From Octopus bimaculoides (lineage: Eukaryota): 64,000 bases of DNA. The stretch lies in NCBI RefSeq assembly GCF_001194135.2, contig NC_068987.1, forward strand, positions 47,624,122 to 47,688,121, in the 5' to 3' direction. The translations under genes and the position numbers were made by a program. This document shows, in pieces, positions 1-11,130 of the stretch. The notes under the pieces are model-generated. The model searched no databases. It was not told the origin of the DNA and saw only the letters and a list, made by a program, of their open reading frames with translations. The stretch's first letter is position 1. The number at the start of each line of letters is the position of its first letter.

Positions 1-59
1 TAGTTTGAGAAAGATGGTTCTGCAATTTCTTGTTGAACAACCTGTACAAATGATTTTAT

Positions 60-271
60 AGTAATCAAATGTTGCATTAGCTCTCTCCCTTCATCAAATC
101 AATATTGCCTGAACAGGTGTATAGTGTGCTACATGTTAGGTGTTGAGATTGCTGAGCAACATAAGATGAAGTCTTTTGCTAGAGAACACAAGGCACCACC
201 TGGTCCAGGAATTGAAACCATGATCTCAAGATCATGAGTGCAACACCTTAACTAATAGGCTATGCGCCCCC
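60..271 (-). mobile_element. tRNA-derived SINE, family C (decayed)
   Basis: Minus strand reads GGGGCGCATAGCCTATTAGTTAAGGTGTTG...GGTTTCAATTCCTGG (A/B-box-like), followed by a body similar to the plus-strand copy at 49000-49130. Boundaries approximate. Confidence 0.6.
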
Positions 272-1699
272 ATACATATATAGATATGTATGTGTGAATT
301 TGTATTTTCTAATTAATCAGAGAAGCTGCACATATGACATCACATGGTCATTCCACTTTCAGAATAAGATTAAGATTGACTTTTTTTGCATGTTCGTGTG
401 TATGCATCAGTAAATATGTGCTCATGTATAAACACAAGTTTACATATGCATGCACATCATGAACAATATTTGTGCTTACCAATTAACCACCACTTATACA
501 TACACACACAAATGCTTATTATTACCAACCCTATACACATGCACATACATCACAACACATCACTGTTAAATTTGAAATATAATTTCAAATTTAAAATACC
601 ATTATTCACACACGCACACACACAGAAAATGCTTTCAGTTCATCCTATGATTTCACTGATTATGTCAGAGGAGGCAGATATGACCTTTAGCAGACCCAGA
701 AATGCCTGTGTGTGTAAATTATTTATATACTGAGCATTCTGCAGCAAATATTTAAAACAATAGTGCAAGCTGCTGAAGTAGGAGGATAAGGAAGGGTGGA
801 TGAAGAAACAGCAACAAATTATTGAGATTTATTTTCTTCCCATCACATCACCAAAACACCCAATTTTCCTGTCAATCTGTCAGAAATTCAACCCTGTTGA
901 TGTTAACTCCCACTTCTTACTAGCCAAAGGATTATAAATTGTATGTTTTAGACAATATATAGTTTTATTTGAAGTTACAGCATCATTCCATCATTACTCT
1001 ATATTTTTTATTACTTGTAACAGCAATGACAGATTGTGGTGGTAACAATATACCTTGACTATTGCACTTTCAGCTACACATAAATATGAATAAACTCTGT
1101 TACATGTATGGGGGTACAGTTTCCTCAGATTAGGACACAATCTTATAATCTTTGTATGAATTTATATATATGTGTGTGTATGGTTTTATTTCAAATTATG
1201 TATAAGAATTTAATTTTAAACTGAAAGATTACTCTATACTTTTTAGTAGAGTATTAATTTATTAATTTTACAAGTAAACAGTTGACAATGGCTTCAAAGT
1301 TTCAGCTTGTTCATCATTGTCAGATGACATGTATGTATGAATATAGATTTTTTTGAGACCGACAGTTTGTCTTACAACTTGAGTTACATGCACCTGTTTG
1401 TCAAGCAAGAGTAGCAGCATGAAGCTCAAATCACAAGATACATTTTCAGCTTTAGTTTCAATAAAAATTATTTCCTCTATGACATGTTTTGAGCATTCCT
1501 CTCTCATTTGTCTGAAATAAATCAACATACACACATATATTTATATGTGTAGAGAGAGAGTTGGGAGGGAAAATGAAAAGATGGGCAGATGGTCAAAAAC
1601 AAGAATCATGGGTTTCACAAGTAAGTTGATACATGGCCAAGAAGTGTTGTAAGTGAAATCAGTCCAATTTATGCCAGTAGTGAATAAAGAAGCGAATCA

Positions 1700-2070
1700 C
1701 ATATATATCTTGGCTTTGCAAGTGAAGATTTATGAGAGGTATGTCTATGTTTGTTGTAAGCTTGCTGATGCCTGATGTGTCCAATTTGGGACAAACAGGC
1801 ATGACTGTAGAGGCTGTATGGGAAGTTAGACTGTTCAGCACTAGTTGTAGTATCCTTGTGTTTACTCCGTTTTCTCTTGCCTGCAAGGATGACCCTGCAG
1901 ATATCTTCACAGGAGGCTGTTACCTGGTGGACAGTGAGATGCTAGGCTTCATGGTCAGTGACAAGAGCAGACCACTGGTGGTGATCAATGTGGCTGGCAC
2001 CAATGGAATTTCTTGAGAGAGTCCTTGTACCTCTTCTCTGATGTTCTTGTATCACAGTGTGATCTCAGGA
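1700..2070 (-). mobile_element. RTE-clade LINE 3' ORF fragment with decayed C2H2 zinc finger
   Basis: Across frameshifts and stops the minus strand gives KRYKDSLKK..IDHHQWSALVTDHEA*HLTVHQ..KRKRSKHKDTTTSAEQSNFPYSLYSHACLSQIGHIRHQQA. This matches the RTE C-terminus pattern (KRYKD.LK, W..LA.DR..WR, CxxCxR.C.SRIGL.SH). Confidence 0.72.
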
Positions 2071-2105
2071 AGTTGATCTTACACACACACACAAACACAC
2101 ACATA

Positions 2106-2439
2106 TTCTTTCAATTGTTTCAGTCATTTGACTGCAGCCATGCTGGAGCACCGCCTTAAAGGGTTTTAGTTGACTTATTATTTGTAAACCTAGTACTTAT
2201 TCTATCTGCTTCTTTTGCGGAACCGCTAAGTTATGGAGACATAAACACATCAACATTGGTTGTCAAACAATAGCAAGGGGGCACATGATGGACTTCTTTC
2301 TGCCTACCAAATCCACTCACAAGGCTTTGGTCAGCCTGAGGCTATAGTAGAAGACACTTGCCCAAGGTGCAATGCAGTGGGACTGAACCAAGAACCAGGT
2401 CATTGGGTAGCAAACTTCTTACCACACAGCCATGCCTGC
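2106..2439 (-). mobile_element. tRNA-derived CORE-type SINE, family A (octopus OR2-like), near full length
   Basis: Reverse complement of the family A copy at 6968-7352: head, ACCTTGGGCAAGTGTCTTCTACTATAGCC core and CCAGCATGG..GACTGAAAC tail. Confidence 0.85.
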
Positions 2440-2889
2440 ACCCCCCCCCCCTATATATATATGTATGTATACATACATATATATATAGTAGAGGGTTTAA
2501 CAAAGAAGACCAGCATTTTGTATCCTGTTGCTGACACCAAATTCTATCACCTGTCAGGACGCTTGACTCTAAAATGATTCAGTCTACCTAGCTGATAAAT
2601 ACTAGAGCATATAAACAACTTCCTTTTCTAAGCATTGGCATAAAATGTTAACTTGACAAGAGACTAATTCTCTTGCAGTGCAAAGAACAACTCTTCCAGT
2701 GGCTATGAGGAAGGCATTCAGCACTCAAACACAGAACATTGTCCACCTATTATCTTGTTTAGCCATTAAATCCAGATACTGGTATGGATTATGGATTATG
2801 TAATGTTTGGAGTGTCCAACATTTTATTTTGTTTTAATCACCACCACCATCTAGTTACCATTATCTCCACTCTGAAAGTATTCTTACTC

Positions 2890-3050
2890 ACTACATAGAG
2901 TGAACATGTCTGGTCATGGGGGAAATATTACCTTGTTTAGAAACAGGTGAGGATCAGCACCAGGAAGGGCATCCAGCTGTAGAAAATCTGCCTTGACTAA
3001 GTCCATCTGTCTTATGCAAGCCTGGATAAGTTGACATTAAAACAAAATGT
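2890..3050 (+). mobile_element. Non-coding RTE-type 3' tail fragment (representative of about 18 copies)
   Basis: Motif CAGGAAGGGCATCCAGCTGTAGAAAATCTGCC..ATGCAAGC(A/C)TGGA..GACATTAAAA, often ending in (GAT)n. It recurs near 4050, 5180, 6170, 11230-11750, 12400, 12850, 40895, 42050, 45400, 53110, 59540, 60010, 62040, 62490 and 62640, in both orientations. Confidence 0.6.
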
Positions 3051-3399
3051 AAACTATGATAAGTGTTAAAACTATCATACAAGCCATATTTACAGTTGAT
3101 TTATTTTTCAGATGATGATGATGCTTGAACATGGTCATAGCCAACTAAATTGGAACCACTCACGTGAGTATCCTAAATGTAACATTTCTTGGGCTTTGAA
3201 GAATGAATGCAAGGAACTATAGATGCCTTACATAACATATAAAATGGGATATGATTAGAAGAATTTCACGTTTTTTTTTTAGTGCCTGCAAAACTGACCT
3301 TTTCACTCTGATTTCATAATAATGTGAACAACAAATACATAATTTAAAATTATACTGATTGGCCAAGTAAACTAATGTTATGCTGCTGTAAAATTAGTA

Positions 3400-3725
3400 A
3401 TAATAATAATAATTTTTTCTAATTTTTGGTACCAGACCAGCAGTTTTAGGAGGAGGGGATTAGTTGATTACATTGACCCACGTACTTGACAAGTACTTTA
3501 TTTTATTGAACCTGAAAGGATGGAAGGCAGAGTTGACCTCAGCAAGATTTGAACTTGGAATGTGAAGAGCTAGAAGAAATGCTGCTAAGCATTTTGTCCA
3601 ATGCACTAATAAATCTGTCAGCTTGCTGCCAGTTTCAAATTTTGGCAGAAGGCCAGCAGTTTTGAGGAGGGGAGGGGTCAATTATATTGACCCCAGTGTT
3701 CAACTGGTACAATTTTATCGACCCT
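3400..3725 (-). mobile_element. Two adjacent SINE family B copies (one partial)
   Basis: Plus-strand GAAAGGATGGAAGGCAGAGTTGACCTC..GATTTGAACT is the reverse of the body of the intact copy at 45185-45384. A TAA-rich tail lies at 3400-3415. Confidence 0.7.
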
Positions 3726-4532
3726 TTATGTGTATCATTCTAGATAGTGTGATTTAAGAATAATTTCAAGTAGGTCAAGTAAAGGCTTTTTCAACTTACA
3801 GTAATAACAGCAATATTGGAAACACTTCCATATCTTCAGCAGTTAACTAAAGGTCACAAGTGTTTTGCTCTTTAGTCTGGACATATCTTTACTTGCAGAA
3901 GGGTTTCATCTGCAGTCTCTTCACAACCATGACAACCTTGAACCATGTCTATATATAATAAACATCATCAATGTTGGAATGAGCTGAGCAGTTTGACAAG
4001 ATCCAAAATGTCAGAGGACTGTGTTGAGCTCCAATGTCTGTTTTGGCATGATTCCTATGAGTGGATGCCCTACCTAGTGCTGACCACTTTACAGTGTGGA
4101 TGTGTATGTATATATATATGCAGATACACGCAAATCATCATGACTATTGTTTTAATGTCTATTTTTCTATCCTTGCATGGTTCACACAATTTGTTGAGGT
4201 AGATTTTCTATGGTTGCCACTCATCAACTGTTTCCAAGCAAGATAATACTTTCCCTAATTTTGGATGTATTTTAATGGAAAATTGCAAACAAATGACACT
4301 GTTTGCATGACAGGAAAAGAAGGGCATCTGATTGTAAAACAATGCCTCATTTCATCTAACTCATGCTAGCAACAGCCACACACACACACACACACACACA
4401 TCAAAAATCAACAAGAGAGCCTCTACAGGTTCTGTCAGATCAAGAGAAGTAGCATCCAAATTTCCTTTAAATCAAACACATCCATCATAGAGAAAGAATA
4501 ATATTCAAGACTACCTAAAACTCTAGCAGAGA

Positions 4533-4760
4533 TAGCCTTGTAGCCTAACCATACTTCTGTTGAAATATGTCACCTTTATTTTAATCAATTTTGAAAATAA
4601 TGAAGAGCTTAGTAAAATAACTTTACCATTATTAAGTCAGTGTTTGGAATATAAATGAACATGAAATATTGATGGAAGATTTTAATTAAATTGCTTTAAA
4701 GCAGGAAGTCCGTAGAACCAAGGCTGGTCTCACACAGGCTGGCATTTATGAAAAGGGTGA
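4533..4760. mobile_element. TTAA-type (piggyBac-like) MITE, family M1, decayed
   Basis: Internal sequence similar to the copies at 25346-25567, 27699-27882 and 56077-56292. Ends in AAAGGGTGAA. Confidence 0.55.
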
Positions 4761-5749
4761 AATATACTTTGAAATGAACTTAATTTATCTATAATCTATA
4801 GCTTCAGTATCTTAATTAATAAACACTGCAAGTGAATGCACAGATATGCAAATGAGAAAAATTGGTGCCTGTTAATCATTGCAATCTTTGTAAGCAAGCT
4901 GTATGTAACTTGCTCTGAATAGGATGAACATGCGTAGACACTTCATAACAGTTGAAAGTAGTGGAGCTGTTCTCTAGTTTGTCCTACAGAGAGAGCACTA
5001 AGACTTCAACACAGAGTCTACTTAAACACAGAGGCTGAATATATTCCTCAATCATTGGACAGTGTAGTTTTATATACAGAATGTATCTAATGATAGCAGA
5101 GCACTCAAACACAAAAATTGCTTGTTCAAGGCCAGAACACTGATGACAGATCTACTCAATCAAGGAATTTGTGTCATCATCATCATTGCTTTAATGTCCA
5201 CTTTTCCATGCTTGTATAGGTGAGAAAGAGTTTACTGAGGTAGATTTTCTACAGCTGGATGCCCTTTTTGTCACCAATCCTCATATACAAATATACAATG
5301 GGCTACTTTCAGTTTACATCTACCAAATTCACTCACATGGCTCAGTGCTATTGTAGGAGGCACTTGTCCAAGGTACCATGCAGTGAAACTGAATCCAAAA
5401 CAAGGTGGTTGGGAAGCAAATTTCTTAACTGCATATCCATATCTGCATACATATTTGTGTGTCTGTGTGTGTGTATGCATACTTTACACACACATACTGC
5501 ACTACAGCACATCATGGTTTTAGCACCTTTTGATAGTGGTGTCACTCACTCTAATAGTTTTGAGCATCACTGATGCTGGGTGTTTACATCTTGAGTTCTT
5601 TTGGCTTATATTGTTGTACGTTTTTATTTTCTTCTTGTTATCCTTGCAGCCACCACACTAACCCAGAGGAAGCTGCAACAACTCCAACAACGAAACTATA
5701 TCTTGAGGAAATATACAAATATATGCATAAATATATTAATACCTTTACA

Positions 5750-6070
5750 TCTATTTTCCCATGCTTGCATAGGAAAATGGGTCTTCTTAAGAACAGTTTT
5801 TCATCACTTGTTGGATCCTCAATGAAACTCCGACTTTTGAGATGAGCTTTCAACATCTTTTCCCATATCTTCTTCAATTTTTTCTTCCACAGGTTTCTTT
5901 CAATTGGATAACTTGGTATTTCTTTACTATCATTCTCCAGATGCATGACATGTCTATATCAACGCAATATTTGCTCTTGTACACTGATTCCTCAAGTCAA
6001 TTGCAACTTAGCTGATTTTTGTGCTCTCATTCACAGATACTAAACTTACACATCCAGTTGAGTGTACTCA
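5750..6070 (-). mobile_element. RTE LINE C-terminal coding fragment
   Basis: Minus-strand ELSTLNWMCKFSI..SVQEQILR*YRHVMHLENDS..VKKYQVIQLKETCGRK resembles RTE E.SMLRWMC..VQERRLRWYGHVMRM..VEGTCGRGRP. Confidence 0.62.
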
Positions 6071-6531
6071 ACTCATTTTTTTTTTTCCAGTTATCACGTA
6101 TTTTCTACATTCAAAACCTATGTTTTGTTACCATTCAGCACTGCACAAAACAAGCATCATACACTCTGCATTTCATCCTCATTTCAACATACACTTTTCT
6201 ATGCTTGCATGGAGTTTATCAAGGCAGATTTTTTATGGCTGGATGTCCTTCCTGTCATCTGAGAGAAAATGCAACATGCTTTGTAGGTCACCACAACTTT
6301 TTCCCTGCATCTTTTGCATCTGCTACATGGAAGTTTTCCTTGTGGCAGCATCCTTGAGATTCCAAAACATATATTGACACAGCTTATATTGACTTCGTCA
6401 TAAGTTGATACTATATAGTTCTTTAAACACATAATTCAATGAGAAAGAAGACCAAAATCCAAAGAGGACACAACATATGAGCAAATAATTATGTAATACA
6501 TTTGCTTACAACAGAAAATGTTTTCATAGTA

Positions 6532-6586
<55 letters not shown>

Positions 6587-6735
6587 TCATAAATATGTGT
6601 ACAAACATGTATATACATAGATATATATACATAGAAAACAGAAGTAAATTTAAAATTTTGCATTTATTTCATATGTCCTCACATGCATTTCATTAATGTA
6701 AAGAATTATGTCCTTACATGCATTTCATTTATGTA

Positions 6736-6930
6736 GAGAATCACCTCACAATCAATTACACCTTCAAATTATTGGAGATTTTATAACAAATGAAAAACCT
6801 AACAATTATGGCAGTCTCATAACAGTCTGATAAAATCATGGCCAGAATGCGATAATTGCTTATGGTTACTTTTTGTTGGTTATAAAATCTCTGATGATTT
6901 GATAATGTAAATTGATTGTGAGGTAATTCC
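6736..6930. repeat. Fold-back element with arms of about 75 bp (6736-6809 and 6852-6930) and a 42-bp spacer
   Basis: GAATCACCTCACAATCAATTACA..GGAGATTTTATAACAAAT..ACAATTAT is the imperfect reverse complement of ATAATTGC..GTTATAAAATCTCTG..TGTAAATTGATTGTGAGGTAATTCC. Confidence 0.7.
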
Positions 6931-6967
6931 TTATATAACAGAAATTTTCATTTATATATATTAATAA

Positions 6968-7352
6968 GGCGTAGGAGTGGCTGTGTGGTAAGTAGCTTGC
7001 TTACCAACCACATGGTTCCGGGTTCAGTCCCACTGCGTGATACCTTGGGCAAGTGTCTTCTACTATAGCCTCAGGCCGACCAAAGCCTTGTGAGTGGATT
7101 TGGTAGACAGAAACTGAAAGAAGCCCGTCATATATATGTGTATGTGTATATGTTTGTGTGTCTGTGTTTGTCCCCCCAACATCGCTTGACAACTGATGTT
7201 GGTGTGTTTAAGTCACCATAACTTAGCGGTCCGGCAAAAGAGACCGATAGAATAAGTACTAGGCTTACAAAGAATAAGTCCCGGGGTCGATTTGCTCGAC
7301 TAAAGGTGGTGCTCCAGCATGGCCACAGTCAAATGACTGAAACAAGTAAGAG
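6968..7352 (+). mobile_element. Full-length tRNA-derived CORE-type SINE, family A (octopus OR2-like)
   Basis: Structure: tRNA-like head GGCGTAGGAGTGGCTGTGTGGTAAG..GGTTCAGTCCC, CORE-like ACCTTGGGCAAGTGTC, central TA/TG microsatellite, GGGGTCGATTTGCTCGAC module, tail. Other copies lie near 5290, 11790, 12590, 18985, 42230, 45590, 48536, 55240, 55570, 59110, 59670 and 62840. The family name is from memory. Confidence 0.88.
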
Positions 7353-7576
7353 TATGTATATATATATACATCAATATACATGCATGTACACACAAGCATA
7401 TGTACATATACATACATATATACACACACACTTCTTACTTCCTAAGCCCATTTCACTTGTAATCCATCTTTTACTCTCAATACTGTCCTCTCCACTCACT
7501 TTTTACATTGATCAACCTCATGTAATTCTTAAGACCTGCATAACTTGGCGAAACTGAGATTCTGGAAGAATAGTGT

Positions 7577-7620
<44 letters not shown>

Positions 7621-7630
7621 NNNNNNNNNN

Positions 7631-7666
<36 letters not shown>

Positions 7667-7943
7667 GAGCTGTGCCTCCCATTTCCTCCAGAAGATTTCT
7701 TCACCACCCATCATATCTGTCATCAGTATTCTGCTGCTCTAAGTAAATGTGTGTTGGACTGCATATTTCATCGGCTTTCCCTCAATACCACTTATCCTTC
7801 ATACTATAACTATTTTACTCTTAATCCATCCTTCATTCTTAAAACTGCCCTCTACCCACTTTTATGCTAATCACTCAACCACACCTTGTTTCTCTCATCC
7901 TCCCTTATTCCTCACTTGTCTAGTGTACCATTATAACTATTCT

Positions 7944-8176
7944 TATTTCTTTATTGCCCACAAGGGGCTAAACATAGAGGGGACAAACAAAGACAGACAA
8001 AGGTATTAAGTCGATTATATCGACCCCAGCACGTAACTGGTACTTGGTTTATCGACCCCGAAAGGATGAAAGGCAAAGTTGACCTCGGCGGAATTTGAAC
8101 TCAGAACGTAACAGCAGACAAAATATCGTTAAGCATTTCACCCAGCGTGCTAACGTTTCTGCCAGCTCACCGCCTT
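7944..8176 (-). mobile_element. Young SINE family B copy with 10-bp TSD
   Basis: Direct repeat TAACTATTCT at 7934-7943 and 8177-8186. Head AAAGGCGGTGAGCTGGCAGAAACG, B box GAGTTCAAATTCC, body TTTGCCTTTCATCCTTTCGGGGTCGATAAA. Confidence 0.9.
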
Positions 8177-9559
8177 TAACTATTCTGTTGCTCTTCATCC
8201 ATCCTTTCATGGTCAGTCGTTTCCTACTCTCCACCCCATATATATCATTGAATACCTCCACCTCTTATGCACCATTCATTACATCCACTCCCAATGCGAT
8301 CAAATTTTCAGTTGTCACCTACTCTACTTATCATCCCTCAACACCTGTTCTTCATTATATTCACCCCTATTCCATTCCTATCTCTAACCATCTTTGTACT
8401 CCTATACATTCTTACAACCTTTACCCACTGAGATTCTGTTCCCACTCACTTCTAACCACCTCATTCTTTAAAGGTATACCCTGACACCCCATCACCACTA
8501 TTTTACCTCTTTAGTCACATAACTCTCTTCTATGACAAGAAGTCTATTCTCTTCTGGCACTTCTCTCATACTTTAGTCCCTCATCTCTAAGCAGAAAGCT
8601 ACCTACTTCGACAGAAGCCCCACTCAGTTGACTCAGTCCAAGGGGATCTTTGTCTTGTGACTGTATAACTTCACCAGTGCTGTTATCACACATATAAACA
8701 TACACATCTATACACATGCACACAAAATCATATATACATACACATACGAAGTTTTTCAGTATTGAACTGCATGTTTTTTGCAGCTCACTTGTTTATTGCA
8801 TTCACGTTTTTCTATAGTTTTGAGTTGTCATCAGTGTCCTTGGTTGGCTGTGATATGTTTGTACCATCAGCATACCTGGTAAAAATGGCTAACTGTATGA
8901 CTGAAGGCATGCTTGAGAGAGCCACTGTGAACAGTAGTGGTTTTAATACAGTAATATATATATATATATATATAACACACACACGTTTTTTAGTTGCTGA
9001 ATCTGGAGGAGAGAACAGTGTGTAAGCCCAATTAGGCCTACCGAGACTAGTGAGCTTGATACTATTAATGTGCCATTTTAATCATAGTGAGTCCACACCT
9101 GCAGGAAAGACATAGGCAAGGAAGATATTCCAGAAGGATGATGTTCTGAGGAAAAAGGAATTGGTATAATGGTTAGCACAGGGTCTGGATGCTGAACCTA
9201 TCATGGACGACAAGATGCAGAGAAACAGGAGTCAAGCATTCCTTGTGGATGAAGTACAAACCCATTTAACTCCAATGAACAGGGATTGGGCCATAGGCTA
9301 GAGTATGTGTGTTGAGTGATTTAATGCTTATCAGTTGAGTGGTTCTTCTCTATTTGCAGTACTCTACTGTACCCAGGACATAAGGTTCGGGTATGACTTT
9401 AATCTGCATCTGGTAGTGGGAACCTGGTTCAGGTGTTCCAGAGTTTTAAGGATTCTGAAACCATCCCCTGGCCCCTACTGTTCCAAGGTCTACTCTGATC
9501 TAGAGTAGTAGTACCTTTCAGGGTCCCACCAATAGGTGAATTAGCATATTAGGACTTGC

Positions 9560-11130
9560 CTACCCATGCATGTGAAGACTGGGTGTGGAAGAAGCCTTCA
9601 TGGTTCAATGGAAAAGAAGTTTCTGCAGCATTGAATTGTAGAGTGCAGAGAGTAACATGAGACAAATAAGACATACTGGTCATCCATTGCATTCCTCACC
9701 ATTCCAAGTCAACTTGACCTAAACCTGTGAGGTTGATGGTGTGCAACTCTTTCTTTACTTTGTTTTAAAGTCACAGTGTAAGTCATCTATCTAGTCATCC
9801 TGAAGAATGACTAGATGGTCCTCATTTCTCTAATGGATGAACATGACTATTGTGGGCCTTACTTGAGTGGTAGCAGTTGCTGGAAGCTGAATTATTTTCT
9901 GGCACTGAGAAGAGCCATTTTGAGGAATGCAGTGTTAGTTATATTATGGATGCTTTTCTTGAGAGCTTTCCTCGGTGTTAGTAAGGCCCAGCATTTGGAG
10001 CAACTGTGAGGTTTCCCACTAAAAGCTGCTCTTTATTTAGATGGGGATGTATGGTGTGATAGTAATTTTTGTATGAAAAATGCTTGAGTTTTTTACTGTT
10101 AAAAGAGACAAAACAGGCAGGCCTCCATTTGAGGATGCACTCAAGGTCTTCGTACATAGAATCAGTGCAGGTTTGGCATGCATTATCTACATTGTATATT
10201 AGTGATGTATTGTTGGACATGGCAACAAGCAGGTCTTTGACATAGAGAAGGGAGTGGGACAGAAAGCTCTGGAGCAATGATGTAATTAAATAGGAAGCTA
10301 GCAATCTAAGATATGAGAGATGGGTGAAGTAGTAAGTTTTAGTAGATTTGCATGCCAGACAGTCAAATGCATTGCTGATGTCTCAAGCAACAACACTGCT
10401 TTCACTAAACTTCTCTAAAATGAGATCCTACAACTGAATGACACAAGAGAATAGATCTCCAGGATTTGGTTCTGTTGAAGTTGTACAAGTGTTCACCGAG
10501 GAAAGAGAAGATTTTAAGATGTTGGAGAACATCATTGTCATTGCTTGTCTTCATTACTTTAGAAATGTCAGCAGTGAGAGCAATAGGATGATATCTGGCT
10601 GAGTCAAAGAAGTTGCCTTTCTTTGAAATAATATACACTGCAACCTGCTTCCAAATGTCAGGTTATAACATTGTAGAGATCAAGAGATTAGAGTTTGATG
10701 AGTATAGGAGCAAGTTCTGGAGTGCAATGAAAGGGATAATGGAGCTATTACTAGACTTGGTATGTGAATATGTGAGTTGGGGAGCCTAATGGAGACCTGG
10801 AGAGGATTGATCAAAAGTGTGGAGTTGGATGCAAAGTGGGCAATGAAGGTGGAGGTTTGCTACCTGAGAATATTGCTCAATGTGGAGAAGAGGGCTTCAC
10901 AGAGTTTGTGAAGATTTGGCAAGAGACCAGAAGGAATGACTGAAGTTTGGGAGGCAGGAATGTCTGAGGGTTGTGTAATATATGAAAACTAGACAGTGAT
11001 CTTACAAGGGTTGCACTGCTGGATAAATGCAACCCAGTTTTCAGGAGTGGATGAGATTCTCCATGCTTTGCAGCCTTGTTTTTACTTGAACTGTTGCAGA
11101 GAGACTATGAGTGAACCATTTGGGATGTTG
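9560..11130 (-). mobile_element. Decayed CR1/L2-group LINE (RT and C-terminal region)
   Basis: Minus-strand ISKKGNFFDSARYHPIALTADISKVMKT (compare PKKG...NYRPIALTS..SKVME), a frameshifted DISNAFD.VWHANLL (compare LDISKAFDRVWH) and ARK*FSFQQLL (compare ARKYF..EQLL). Boundaries approximate. Confidence 0.75.

Noticed and set aside
1268-1534. 88-aa minus-strand ORF with protein-like composition
   Set aside because: I recognise no motif, splice context or family. It may be an unidentified transposon remnant.
5650-5710. Hammerhead-like CAGAGGA..GCTG..CGAAAC
   Set aside because: The core is mismatched (CAGA for CUGA), stem II is poor, and there is no stem I/III partner.
6968-7040. tRNA gene
   Set aside because: It has A/B boxes but no cloverleaf and continues into a SINE body. 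The same holds for all other tRNA-like heads.
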